A DNA stretch of 64,000 nucleotides, taken from a virus. Lineage: Duplodnaviria > Heunggongvirae > Uroviricota > Caudoviricetes. Under the pieces are notes generated by a model. The model was given only the letters and a program-made list of their open reading frames with translations. It had not been told where the DNA came from and did no database searches. The DNA lies in the IMG/VR virus record IMGVR_UViG_3300009709_000002, positions 168,228 through 232,227 of that record. One strand, given 5' to 3'. A program made the translations under genes and the position numbers. Positions 9,137 to 19,103 of the stretch are shown in pieces. Position 1 is the first letter of the stretch. Each line of letters starts with the position of its first letter.

Positions 9137-9973
9137 TTAATCCACGGAGGTATTGATATCTTCGGTGTAAATTGGTGCAGAATTGTCAGGAACACCAGGA
9201 GTTACAATCACACCGCCCTCTGACGTCGGAGTAAGAGTCATGGAAGTGAATAGATCCGGAGAGTCAAACGGTTGAAGCACGCCATTTTCATCGTACTGAT
9301 TCAGCGTCAGACCTTCAAGATCACCGAAACGAATAGCGATACTTTGAATTAGCTGTTCACGCATTTCAGCCGGCGGTGATAACCAAGCTGGCATTCTGAA
9401 CTCTAGCGTCCAAGTAATGACGCGACGTTCAGTACCAAGAGGATAATTCTCTTCATTGTTGATGCCTTCCAAGTAAACGCTGGTGATCTTTGTCCAGTCG
9501 AATGGAGCATCATTACGCTGAACTTGCAAGTCATAGTCAAACAGAATCAAAATCTGCTCGAGAATCTGGAGCAGCTGATCGGTGTTTGACGCGTAGATAG
9601 CCAGCTCAAAATGCAAGTCATAAGGGATCGGCATTACACGACGAACAACCTTCAAATCGGTCGGGTAAACTCCACCTTGCTCTAAAACCGTGCGCTTATC
9701 CACGCCGTTCAATCCGCGAACACGATCTGGAGCCATCTCCATGTTAGTCATATAGCATGACATAATTGGAAGTGTAAATTGCTGGTTCTGAGTGTTACGA
9801 GCTCCAATTGAAGCTACCACTCTGTCCATTGAACCATAGACGATTGGAACTTGAATGAATTGTTCACAACCGCACTCATCTTTACCAGCCTGAACTTGAA
9901 GCCCAGCAAACAAATTAGCAAACATGACGATGTATTGCTTAAGCTGCTTGTTGTAGTAATATTGTCTAATCAT
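9137..9973 (-). CDS. 15: Tail sheath stabilizer / terminator (gp15-like)
   Basis: YYYNKQL...FANLF, VPIVYG, LPIMS, PIPY, QILEQILILF. Confidence 0.85.
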   Translation of the reverse strand: MIRQYYYNKQLKQYIVMFANLFAGLQVQAGKDECGCEQFIQVPIVYGSMDRVVASIGARNTQNQQFTLPIMSCYMTNMEMAPDRVRGLNGVDKRTVLEQGGVYPTDLKVVRRVMPIPYDLHFELAIYASNTDQLLQILEQILILFDYDLQVQRNDAPFDWTKITSVYLEGINNEENYPLGTERRVITWTLEFRMPAWLSPPAEMREQLIQSIAIRFGDLEGLTLNQYDENGVLQPFDSPDLFTSMTLTPTSEGGVIVTPGVPDNSAPIYTEDINTSVD

Positions 9974-9976
9974 GTC

Positions 9977-10894
9977 TTATACCAGTTGCGAAAGAAGCTT
10001 AATTGCTTTCTTCCATTGAGTTGGATTCTTTCTCTTCAGTGCTGCAAAGAATGGCGAGCGACGAGTGTAGGATATCTTCTCAAGGTCTGAGCCTTTTGGC
10101 GGTGTCGTTCCGTCTGCGTAAGTGAAGTGAGCTAGAGCTTTCTCTTTGTCATAATCCTTGACGTCAAACTCTTTTGACAAATCTTCTACACCTCTAAAAT
10201 ATGCAGCTTCTGACTTGATTTGAGGGTCAAATTCTACCGGTGAGTTGTAATAGTCATCACTGTTTTCATCAGTTAGATTGTCAGCAGCATAATCACTCTT
10301 CACATTATACTCATGGAACCTACGCAGCACCAAGAATTGAATCATGTGAGCAGTTTCATGGTCTACAACACCGATCAACGATGGCAGCTTATCGAGTAAG
10401 ACAGAATGAACACGATCAATATCTATGTGATCATCTAGCAACATTCCTGATTTCTTTAGTGAAAAGCTCATCGTCAGCGTAGCAGGATGAAAAGCACCAG
10501 ATGATGTAAGTGAGCTTTGCTGTGAAAGATCTATTTCAGCAATCACATGATCGTAGCTGTGAAGCTTTGACACGTCGGTGCCAAGCTTCTTCAGCTTATC
10601 CAGGTAGCGATCAGGAAGATCCGAGAAGTCAAGCTTGAACTCGTGCTCTTCAATCGTTGCTTTACCAACTTTCTCTGAATACTTGTCATCCGGAAGAGGT
10701 AGCTTATGCTTATAAGCTACCTTCTTTAGAAGCTGGTGAGCCGTATTAAAGTCTTTTCCTTCAAGATGCTCCTCAATTTTGTCTTTCGTGTAGGCTAGAT
10801 AAGTGTAGACCACAAAGTCCGTGATGTCTTTCAACAGTTTTGGAGGGTTCTGAATCAGGCCCTCTTTCAAAAATTGCTTGAATGTAACTTTCAT
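9977..10894 (-). CDS. Putative zincin metallopeptidase with capsid-targeting-like N-terminus
   Basis: HExxH (DHETAHMIQ) and downstream YYNSPVE; starts MKVTFKQFLKEG. Confidence 0.55.
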   Translation of the reverse strand: MKVTFKQFLKEGLIQNPPKLLKDITDFVVYTYLAYTKDKIEEHLEGKDFNTAHQLLKKVAYKHKLPLPDDKYSEKVGKATIEEHEFKLDFSDLPDRYLDKLKKLGTDVSKLHSYDHVIAEIDLSQQSSLTSSGAFHPATLTMSFSLKKSGMLLDDHIDIDRVHSVLLDKLPSLIGVVDHETAHMIQFLVLRRFHEYNVKSDYAADNLTDENSDDYYNSPVEFDPQIKSEAAYFRGVEDLSKEFDVKDYDKEKALAHFTYADGTTPPKGSDLEKISYTRRSPFFAALKRKNPTQWKKAIKLLSQLV

Positions 10895-12570
10895 TAGATC
10901 TTCTTATCGATGTTAAATCTTGTCTCAGATTCCAGCATGCCTTCAATCGTTGGCTTGTGTGAATCTGGCTTTCTTCTTCTATTGAATTCAACGATCGACC
11001 AACGTCCAGTCGTCTTATTGAACTGAAGTAGACGTTCTGGAGGACGTGAAGCTTTTGGAAGATAGTCATACGTCTGGCGGTGATAAGCACCATCTGCCAG
11101 ACCTGCGATATTCGGAAGCTGTGGGCCAGTCGTATATGGCGCTCCATTCGGTGGAATACCATCCGATGAATATGCATCACGACCGTCATAACCGCCTCGA
11201 GGGCCGAGAATTGGTTCGCCAGACTGAATATCTTGCGGATCACTACCAGTCTGTGGAACAGCATCCTTCATGATCTGCTCAATCTCTTCGGTAGCTTCAT
11301 AAGCTTGTTGATTCAACAGTGCACCACCAGCAAAGAAGTCAGAATCACTCTGAGCTGCGTTGACGCCATTGTTCTTTCCTGGAAGACCGAGAATGTCTTT
11401 GTGTTCTTGCGACGGTAGCACAGGTACAGCATAGAAGCGGAAGAGGTTAGGCTTCCAGTTGAATGTGTAACCTTCTGTGCTCCAGTTCGTGTCGGTAACT
11501 TCAAGCCACTTTCTCACAGGGCGCAGCTTCGTGTCATACTGAACTTCACCAGGCAGCTCAAGAATATCACCTACGATGACAGGTCTGCCGAGCAGCTGAA
11601 TCATCATTGGATAGCTAACAGTGAAGATGTATGATTCTGGTAGGTTGATACCAAACTTTGCCAGCTCAGTTTGAACGTCAAGCAGATCGTATGAAGCTTT
11701 CAGCATCGTCGACGTGCGGCAATATGCTCTGTCACGATTTTCGCGGAAGAAAGTATCCTGCACATTATCAAGTGACAGCTGGGTCGACTCGAGAAGTTGA
11801 AGCTGAACAATTTCCCAAGCAGAGTTAGTAGCCACACCATTGAAGAACAATGGAATGAAACGCCATTGATTGAACATGGCATCACTCTTGAAACCGACCG
11901 TCACCATATCTGGTGAGTCTGGAATTGCTACCACATCAACTCGGTGCCATCTACGTCCATCATCTGAAGCTTCAACTCTAATCTGAGTCACACGGTTTAG
12001 CGTATCTGCACCTTGCTTGATATTGATAGAGTTGATCTTCTTACGAACTGGCTCTGATGGAGCATAACGTTCTTGAGGAGTTCCAATGAGGTTCCAAGCC
12101 TTCTTAGTGCCGAAACTATAGCCAATGAAGGCTGGAGCTTCAGTTACGCCAGCGCCTTGCTGCACCGAACGCCAAGTGTTGGTATTGCCATTAAAAGCGT
12201 CGAGGATATTGAAACCAGATGGAGTTCCAGAGCACAATGGATAGCCAGAGCCAGTCTGGTCAATGTTAGATCCCTGATTGTGAACTCCAAGCAGAGGGAA
12301 CACATTTACTGGACCAGCTGCAGCTTGAAGTGCTTCAGCTTGAAGTGCAGCAATGTAGTCAGCTTCCGTCTGAGCACACTCAGATGTCGAGTAGTCCAGC
12401 GTTCCAATTGGAAGAGCTGGAATCGTGTAGTCAGTGCCTGACGTGTCATACGCAAAGTCTAAGATCGGCACACCATGCTCGCATACTCCAGTTTGAGTTG
12501 GAGCCGAATTTGGTGTGCCGGTCGGACGAGGACGCGGCGGGCAGTGTGGGCATTGTTGATAGTTTGCCAT
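10894..12570 (-). CDS. 14: Neck protein (gp14-like) with inserted discoidin/F5-8 type C-like domain
   Basis: FFRENRDRAY, LAKFGI, LGRP..VGDILELP; insert AFNGNTNTW...EASDDGRRW...WRF; lies between gp13 and gp15. Confidence 0.7.
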   Translation of the reverse strand: MANYQQCPHCPPRPRPTGTPNSAPTQTGVCEHGVPILDFAYDTSGTDYTIPALPIGTLDYSTSECAQTEADYIAALQAEALQAAAGPVNVFPLLGVHNQGSNIDQTGSGYPLCSGTPSGFNILDAFNGNTNTWRSVQQGAGVTEAPAFIGYSFGTKKAWNLIGTPQERYAPSEPVRKKINSINIKQGADTLNRVTQIRVEASDDGRRWHRVDVVAIPDSPDMVTVGFKSDAMFNQWRFIPLFFNGVATNSAWEIVQLQLLESTQLSLDNVQDTFFRENRDRAYCRTSTMLKASYDLLDVQTELAKFGINLPESYIFTVSYPMMIQLLGRPVIVGDILELPGEVQYDTKLRPVRKWLEVTDTNWSTEGYTFNWKPNLFRFYAVPVLPSQEHKDILGLPGKNNGVNAAQSDSDFFAGGALLNQQAYEATEEIEQIMKDAVPQTGSDPQDIQSGEPILGPRGGYDGRDAYSSDGIPPNGAPYTTGPQLPNIAGLADGAYHRQTYDYLPKASRPPERLLQFNKTTGRWSIVEFNRRRKPDSHKPTIEGMLESETRFNIDKKI

Positions 12571-12574
12571 TTGC

Positions 12575-14104
12575 TTAACCAATCACGAATGGTGCAAAGA
12601 AGGTACCTGGTCCGTTCTGGCCAACTTCGAAATCTTGAACTTGGCGTAGACAATCTTCTTGCAGACGTTGAGCTTCCGAGATCAAAGTATCTGCGTTCAA
12701 CTGCAGACCGCCTCCAGGACCAGGAAGAGTAGCGAACTTACCGCGAATCATCGCAAGGTACATCATCGCTTCTGATTTTGCCCACTGCTGGATCCATTGG
12801 CTAGTCCAACGATCAGCGATAAGCTCTTGTTCTAACTTTTCGCACGTTGCTTCAACGATGACACGCTCTGGGCTGACGAAGTTACGGTAGATTTCCATCT
12901 CACGAGTGGCTTCATTCCAGTTGTATGCAATTTCACCAGCAAAAATCTGCGTGTAAGTTTCAGACATAGCCGTGATCAGGTGGATCGAGACCAAGTCATA
13001 ACCAACGCCTGGAGCATAGAACTGGCTCATGAACGCCTGAGCGTAGATGTTATCTGGACCAAAGTTTACAAGACCAAGCATGTTCAGACGCCAGATTCTT
13101 GTAACGTCGACGATCGTGTTCGTACCTGTCGTTGGGTCATTCAAGTAGTACGTGCTTTGACCTGGCAGCATCTGCGTAATGAACATACGCTTGTTGTAGC
13201 CATTGTCTACACGGCGGCGAATTTCAGCGAGAGCTTTGTCAATCGCGATATTGAAGTGAGCATCTGTCAGTTCGACGCAAACAACCGGGAAGCCAAGCTG
13301 CATCTTCAGTGAATTGATCAAGCTCATACGAGCACCGCTCGACAAGTCAGTACCAACGCCTTGCTTCTTGTATGTTGGAAGACCGCCATCAGTTTCAACT
13401 GGGCGCCAGTAAGCACCAGACCAGATCTTTAGCGTCTTGGTTGTGGTGTTGTAAAAGAAATCGCCGAACTTTGGAAAGCCTGTTGGCAGACCTGTCCATG
13501 GGTAGCGTGGATCAGCTTCGGCTGCAACGGTCGTTTGTTCTGCAACAGATTTCCAGGTGGCACCATCCCATGAGAAGACCAGTCGCTGGTTTTCATCATA
13601 GTAGCACTGTCCCATGGTTGGGTTTTCAGGTGGGCCATAAAGCTTAGGAACATCCGACGCAAACGCCGAACTTGATGTCGTTTCAGGATATGAACGAACA
13701 CCGATCGTGTAGTATGTGTTGACATTCGAGATAATGTGAGCTGAACAGTAGTAGACCGAGTTAGGATCTAGGTTTGTCAGGCTCAGCGTAGCAGTTGTTG
13801 TGTCATTGTAGAAAGCTCCGATCACTACCGCTTGACCGATTCTGTCGCCTGGTGTAGCTAGATTAGCAGATGCGTTGTAAACGACGCCATCAGTCGGATA
13901 GTTCGATGGATTGATTTCCATCACGCTCGCAGTAATCAAGATGCCGTTGTAGGCGAGCGGTGACATAGTTGTCACAGGAGCAGTCACAACTGGAGGATTC
14001 CACGTGATAGTCCCGGTAGTTGGTGTCAGTCTAGTGAAATTGAGGGTAATGTCTTGACCTTCAGACCAGAGCGTATCGCCTGCATCTTGAGCAACTCTTG
14101 ACAT
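12575..14104 (-). CDS. 13: Neck protein (gp13-like) with N-terminal extension
   Basis: LGFPVVCVELT, RGKFATLPGPGGGLQLNA, C-terminal PFVIG. Confidence 0.85.
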   Translation of the reverse strand: MSRVAQDAGDTLWSEGQDITLNFTRLTPTTGTITWNPPVVTAPVTTMSPLAYNGILITASVMEINPSNYPTDGVVYNASANLATPGDRIGQAVVIGAFYNDTTTATLSLTNLDPNSVYYCSAHIISNVNTYYTIGVRSYPETTSSSAFASDVPKLYGPPENPTMGQCYYDENQRLVFSWDGATWKSVAEQTTVAAEADPRYPWTGLPTGFPKFGDFFYNTTTKTLKIWSGAYWRPVETDGGLPTYKKQGVGTDLSSGARMSLINSLKMQLGFPVVCVELTDAHFNIAIDKALAEIRRRVDNGYNKRMFITQMLPGQSTYYLNDPTTGTNTIVDVTRIWRLNMLGLVNFGPDNIYAQAFMSQFYAPGVGYDLVSIHLITAMSETYTQIFAGEIAYNWNEATREMEIYRNFVSPERVIVEATCEKLEQELIADRWTSQWIQQWAKSEAMMYLAMIRGKFATLPGPGGGLQLNADTLISEAQRLQEDCLRQVQDFEVGQNGPGTFFAPFVIG

Positions 14105-14122
14105 ATGGATCTCCATGAAATG

Positions 14123-14162
14123 TATTTAGATTTGATATTTATTCACAATCGTGACATAAATA
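14123..14162. promoter_or_regulatory. Divergent late promoters
   Basis: TAAATA on minus (14123-14128) and CATAAATA on plus (14155-14162). Confidence 0.65.
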
Positions 14163-14191
14163 CCAACTACATTTATGGGAAGTGAAGACAC

Positions 14192-15313
14192 ATGCTCTTA
14201 CAAGAACTATTAAGCATCATCGCCGAAAGAGATGCACAAGCGCTCCTCGAATCATATGGCAATCTCAAGAAGATTGATCCACAGCTGCTCAAAGCCTTCA
14301 TGATGCAAGACGGCAAGGTTGACAAAAACCTTGGTGAACATTCTGAAGTTGAAGTAAATCCAAAGATCACAGACTATCAGTCATTTGAAGATGCGTTTGT
14401 CGAAAGAGACGATACTGGCGTGATCGGCTTCATATTTGTAGTTGATGGCAAGCAAGCGATGTCAGTTGCACATATTGTCGATCTTGAAAATTCGCCAAAT
14501 CACAGAGATGAAAAGAAGATTCATGTTGGCGTGACTAAAGCATTTGCAGATCTTTTTGATGAAGACTATATTCAAAAACATTACATGACCAATATCATCA
14601 ATGCAGCTAATAGAGGATTTCCGGTCATTAATAGTCAATTTAGCCACGTGAGCAACATGGTTAGAAATTTCTTTGATGTTGTAGCTGATAAGAAGCTTAA
14701 GCTTGAAACTATTGAGGTAAAGACAGATTTTAAGCGTCTTGATAAACAAGCTAAACGTACACAGCTCAAGCGTGGTCACATTCCGCTGCCTGGTTATGAT
14801 AACAAGCTGTCAAAATCAGATGGTGCAGCATATAAGAGCTACCTCGAAAAACTGAAGACAAAGCTAGAAGCAAAATTAGATCAATTAAAGCGTGACAAAC
14901 TTAAGAACGCTACTACACCTGAAGAAATGGTGAAGATCGTAAAAGAAGATGGTTTCGGTGACAAAATCAAGTTCATGGGTTTCACTTATAAGCGAATTGC
15001 CTTTAGAGTAGATTATGATCACCTTCACAAAATCGCCCAGGGTAAAGGTGACGTTTGGTCAGAAAATAATTACGTTCAGTACACCGTTGAATGGGAAGAT
15101 AAGGCATATCAAAAGGTCCAAGAAGAGCTATGGGATCTTATGCCAACAAATCCTAGTAAAGTTGGTGAATCTGAAAAAGAAGAAGCACAAGAGCTATGGG
15201 ATGCTTGGGAAAGACTGCAAAAACGCAAGATTCCACCAAATAGCTTGAAAATCATTATCGGATTGAAGGGCGGTATCGCCTCACCAGTTGACATCAAATT
15301 GGAGAAAAACTAA
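14192..15313 (+). CDS. Hypothetical protein, paralog A, probable internal head protein
   Basis: Late promoter; MLLQELL...LLES leader; similar over its length to the next ORF. Confidence 0.6.
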   Translation: MLLQELLSIIAERDAQALLESYGNLKKIDPQLLKAFMMQDGKVDKNLGEHSEVEVNPKITDYQSFEDAFVERDDTGVIGFIFVVDGKQAMSVAHIVDLENSPNHRDEKKIHVGVTKAFADLFDEDYIQKHYMTNIINAANRGFPVINSQFSHVSNMVRNFFDVVADKKLKLETIEVKTDFKRLDKQAKRTQLKRGHIPLPGYDNKLSKSDGAAYKSYLEKLKTKLEAKLDQLKRDKLKNATTPEEMVKIVKEDGFGDKIKFMGFTYKRIAFRVDYDHLHKIAQGKGDVWSENNYVQYTVEWEDKAYQKVQEELWDLMPTNPSKVGESEKEEAQELWDAWERLQKRKIPPNSLKIIIGLKGGIASPVDIKLEKN

Positions 15314-16647
15314 TGGTGTTGTTAGAACTTTTGAAACTACAAGAACGCAGAATTGAAGCTCATCAAGAATTCCTAGAGTTCTTGTATGAGCACCTTGGAA
15401 ACTTGAACGTCATCGACAAGAGTCTCATTAAGATTCTCCGCAAACAGATGGCTGACACGTACTATGTTTCTCCTGGATCAAAACCAAATCAAGAACAATT
15501 CAAGATCGGTAAATATCTTGGAACAAATTCAACCGTTGATGAAGAACCAGCTCGAAATCCATCGCAAGTGATGAAAGCGATCATGGATGCTGAAAGCAAA
15601 GTGATCGCTGTTGTCATCAAGTATGGTGATAAGCAAGTCTGCGCCTTTGCTAGCCGGCATAAGACATTTGGCAAGCGCGGGCATAAAGATACTGATGATG
15701 ATTTGCATATTATCGTGTCACCAGATTTCTTTAATATTGTTGGTTCTGGAGCCGACTATACTAAGTCAATCACTAAACAAAAAATGGTGGCAGATCATCG
15801 CAATGGCAGCATTAAGAAACCAGTTAATGTAGTTGATGGTCACACTGTAAAGCATCTTCTTCAGGGCCATGGAGCCCAAACAAAATCATTCGATGATGTC
15901 GCTCTTAATAGTGCAAATGTAAAGAAAGTTCTAGCTTTCATTTTTGACAACGCTAAAGCTAATAACATGCAAGTGTCAATGCTGAATATTAGCAAAGATG
16001 AACAACGTCCAAAAACACAAGTAGATCGATCAAATGCGCGCCATGGCCGTATTCCATTCATGGTTCAAAAATCTTTGAAGAGCTATTCGCAAGAAGAGAA
16101 GCAAGAATATGAACGCTACACGCAAAGACTTATTAGCAAGTTTGCAGATCGTTTATCAAATTGGCGCTCAGAGAAAGCCGATAAGCAATCTCAAAAGTTC
16201 TCAAATCACGATGAACTGATTAAGCACATTTCAGCAGAAGGATTTCCAGAGAAAGTAAACTTTATGGGATATGTGTACCATAAAGAGCGTGTATCAATTG
16301 AATGGAATGATCTTGAAGCTAAGGCAAATAAAACGCTTACTGGTTACAAGGCAGCTAATCCAAGATCAGTGTATGACAACGTGCTATACAAAATTGATCG
16401 AAAAGCACCTTCATTTATAGCTCTTAGAAATCAAATGAGAGAACTTGCTGGTGGTATTCCTGAGCAAGATGACTCTGATCCACACGTAGCAGAAGCTCGT
16501 GATCAGTTTATTGCTGCTTACATGAGAAAGTACAAAAAGCTGGTTCCACCTGGTGACTTCATGGTTCACATGTCATTAATCGGTGGTGTAATCAAACCAA
16601 CAGATATCTCAATTTCTGAAGACAATGATTACGTAGAAACGTACTAA
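15313..16647 (+). CDS. Hypothetical protein, paralog B, probable internal head protein
   Basis: TAATG-coupled to paralog A; shared GNL..ID, G.IP, GF..K..FMG..Y, PP.......L.GG...P.DI blocks. Confidence 0.6.
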   Translation: MVLLELLKLQERRIEAHQEFLEFLYEHLGNLNVIDKSLIKILRKQMADTYYVSPGSKPNQEQFKIGKYLGTNSTVDEEPARNPSQVMKAIMDAESKVIAVVIKYGDKQVCAFASRHKTFGKRGHKDTDDDLHIIVSPDFFNIVGSGADYTKSITKQKMVADHRNGSIKKPVNVVDGHTVKHLLQGHGAQTKSFDDVALNSANVKKVLAFIFDNAKANNMQVSMLNISKDEQRPKTQVDRSNARHGRIPFMVQKSLKSYSQEEKQEYERYTQRLISKFADRLSNWRSEKADKQSQKFSNHDELIKHISAEGFPEKVNFMGYVYHKERVSIEWNDLEAKANKTLTGYKAANPRSVYDNVLYKIDRKAPSFIALRNQMRELAGGIPEQDDSDPHVAEARDQFIAAYMRKYKKLVPPGDFMVHMSLIGGVIKPTDISISEDNDYVETY

Positions 16648-16648
16648 C

Positions 16649-16675
16649 AAAAGGAGAGCCTAGGCTCTCCTTTTT
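16649..16675. terminator. Bidirectional terminator
   Basis: AAAAGGAGAGCC-TA-GGCTCTCCTTTTT between convergent genes. Confidence 0.85.
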
Positions 16676-16692
16676 CTTTACTTCAGATGAAC

Positions 16693-17751
16693 TTAACCGT
16701 CTAGTCGCTTATTGACTTGCTCAAGATACCACTGCCGAGCATGCTTCGAGATAGCTGACATCACTTCCTTCTCAGGCAATCCGCTAGCTGCGATCGTATC
16801 AGCTTCTTCCTTGTGGACGTCTTGTCCAACTGTCTTCAGGAATACTGGCGTGTTTTGAAGAGTTGCTTCAACCTTCGCAACATTTTCCATCTCGTCAAGC
16901 TTCTTTTCGAGACGGTGCTCAGTTACCAAAGCTTCTACCAGCGCACGAATGTTTTCGATCTTTTCAACGTCAACAGGAGCTAACGTCTTCACCTTCGTTT
17001 CACTGTGTTTTTCACCCTTGACCTTGAAGACCAGGTCGCTTACACGGAACGGTACGTGAGTCGTCGGATTAGCCGTCCAGACGATGCCTTCACCTACACC
17101 GAAGACGCCAAAATGCTTACCCACTGGGCATTCATTTTCAACTTCAAGTGTCAGCTCTGACAATTTGACAGATGCATATTCAGGCTTCGCGAAGTCAATG
17201 TGAATTTTGTATGTCTTGAACTTGTGAATGCAGAAGATCTGGTCATTCTTAGCCGTTTCACTACCATAGCCGTCAAAGACGTCACGAATCTGATGCGGAG
17301 CAAACCAGTAGCTATCTTCTTCAGTGCGCTTTACGCGAATGCCGAAGACCACAAACATCTTTGGAAGCCCGGTGATAGCCACGCCTTTCTGGATACTTTG
17401 ACCGCACCACTCACCGTAGATTGCCAAGTGATCACCAGGCTGGAAGTTTTCCAGACCATAGACGATACGCGCTGAGTTGACAAGGCCTCGAATTGCAGCT
17501 GCTTTAGCCTGAACAAAAGCAGCAAAACCAGCGTTATCAGATTCAGGAGTGATCACGTTGGTACGTGATTGAGCCCACAGCTCTCCATTGTCTGTGTCTA
17601 TTACTACTGCTGCGTTTGTGCCGTGCAACTTCACAGTACCAGTGAATTCAAGCTCAGGCAGTGGGATGCCATGATATGTACAGCGATCCTTGACAGAGCG
17701 GATCACGTTACGGAACTGTTCGATTGACGGATAAGAAATATGTTGAGCCAT
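16693..17751 (-). CDS. RNA ligase 2 family (Rnl2-like)
   Basis: Motif I KLHGTN, YGEWCG, FVVFGI, GEGIVW, FKVKGEKH. Confidence 0.88.
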   Translation of the reverse strand: MAQHISYPSIEQFRNVIRSVKDRCTYHGIPLPELEFTGTVKLHGTNAAVVIDTDNGELWAQSRTNVITPESDNAGFAAFVQAKAAAIRGLVNSARIVYGLENFQPGDHLAIYGEWCGQSIQKGVAITGLPKMFVVFGIRVKRTEEDSYWFAPHQIRDVFDGYGSETAKNDQIFCIHKFKTYKIHIDFAKPEYASVKLSELTLEVENECPVGKHFGVFGVGEGIVWTANPTTHVPFRVSDLVFKVKGEKHSETKVKTLAPVDVEKIENIRALVEALVTEHRLEKKLDEMENVAKVEATLQNTPVFLKTVGQDVHKEEADTIAASGLPEKEVMSAISKHARQWYLEQVNKRLDG

Positions 17752-17785
17752 GTTTCCCTCCTATTTTTCTCAATTTTGAGAAGTG

Positions 17786-17822
17786 ATTTTAAACCAACAT
17801 CAAAATTGTGGATATTTTTAAG
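17786..17822 (-). promoter_or_regulatory. Early-type promoter
   Basis: CTTAAAAA-TATCCA-N17-TAAAAT. Confidence 0.6.
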
Positions 17823-17826
17823 CAAA

Positions 17827-17853
17827 GAAAAAGCCGGCTAAGCCGGCTTTTTC
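17827..17853. terminator. Rho-independent terminator
   Basis: GAAAAAGCCGGC-TAA-GCCGGCTTTTTC. Confidence 0.85.
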
Positions 17854-17874
17854 AGAATGGAGCCTAGCGAACGT

Positions 17875-18477
17875 TTATGTGCTGTATCGCACGCTCTGAA
17901 CGGCGATGTTCAAGAAGCCGATTCTCGACCGGACATTTGGATTTTCCAGGTCATTGAGCAGCTTGCCGTGATCTTGACCCGAGGTTGCACCCCAAAGAGC
18001 CGAGACGAGATTTTCAACTAGCGACTCACGAGGATCATACTTGATCTTCAGAACTGCCGGGTGATGAGTGTCCAGCATCTCTTGCGCGATGCGACGACCT
18101 TCCGCTTTGTCAAAGTTTTCGTGCGGCTTGCAGATCGAGTAACCTACGTGCAGAATCTTTGCATCGTGATGGATGTTGAAAATCAGCGTGAGACCGCCGA
18201 GATTGTCATCAACCACAGTGTATTCATCTGGCACCGCTGTTTCGATAGCAATTTTCGGACGAGCGTAACGAACTACGCCAGTCGTCACCTTGTCTTGAAT
18301 TCTACCAAGACGCGGTCGTTCGGTGCCGAGAACAGCATGAACTTTGTCTTCCAGGTCAGAAACGAGCTCGATCTTGACTTCTTCATCCATGTAGTCAAGA
18401 GCATGTTCAATCGACTTATTGTCACCGAGTCGACCGAGAATTTCCTTCACGATCTTTGCTGCGTATGTATCTTTCAT
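17875..18477 (-). CDS. Hypothetical phage protein
   Basis: AAGGA RBS; contains G.S.C....NFD...G..IA motif common in small phage proteins. Confidence 0.7.
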   Translation of the reverse strand: MKDTYAAKIVKEILGRLGDNKSIEHALDYMDEEVKIELVSDLEDKVHAVLGTERPRLGRIQDKVTTGVVRYARPKIAIETAVPDEYTVVDDNLGGLTLIFNIHHDAKILHVGYSICKPHENFDKAEGRRIAQEMLDTHHPAVLKIKYDPRESLVENLVSALWGATSGQDHGKLLNDLENPNVRSRIGFLNIAVQSVRYST

Positions 18478-18509
18478 TTCCTTTTCAGCTGATGAAATTC
18501 AGCCGCCGG

Positions 18510-18923
18510 TTAGTGTTTGATTTGAAACTTCTGCTTATAACGCTCTGCCGCTCCAGGAACCGGAATGAAAGCTTCTTTCCGGAAATCCCAATTGTTTGTA
18601 GGATCTTTGCGCCGCGCGAACCAGTACTCAGGCCCAAACAAATATGCTGGAAGTGAACAGATATCTCCTACACCAAGAGACTTCCCATCGATCTTGTCAA
18701 TGACCAAGGTGTCATGACGACCAATTCCTACTGTGGGACGAATCAGATGGAAGTGTAATCCATTGATTTTTCGCTGAATCTCTAAATCCAGATCCACGTT
18801 GATAAGCCGTTTGAAGTGACCCTTGCGGCGGTAACAGTAGTACATGACGTACATCTTGTTGGTGACGAAAGGGTTGCTTGTAGAACGGACCAGTTGGTGT
18901 TCTGTTTGAGAGAGCGAATTCAC
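18510..18923 (-). CDS. Hypothetical protein
   Basis: GGAG RBS, GTG start, downstream of early promoter. Confidence 0.6.
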   Translation of the reverse strand: MNSLSQTEHQLVRSTSNPFVTNKMYVMYYCYRRKGHFKRLINVDLDLEIQRKINGLHFHLIRPTVGIGRHDTLVIDKIDGKSLGVGDICSLPAYLFGPEYWFARRKDPTNNWDFRKEAFIPVPGAAERYKQKFQIKH

Positions 18924-19008
18924 TATCTACTCCACACATCGATTGATAAACTTTGCCGACGAATGGAGCAAGGATTTTTCAGTTGTGTCCTTCCATCCGT
19001 TGATAGAG

Positions 19009-19044
19009 ATTATATTCAAGGACAATTTGTGTGTATATTTTAAG
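19009..19044 (-). promoter_or_regulatory. Early-type promoter
   Basis: CTTAAAA-TATACA-N17-TATAAT. Confidence 0.75.
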
Positions 19045-19103
19045 TGACACTTTTCCACAAGCCTAGAGATAAATACTTGCATTCCACCTTTCTTAGGCAT
19101 ACC

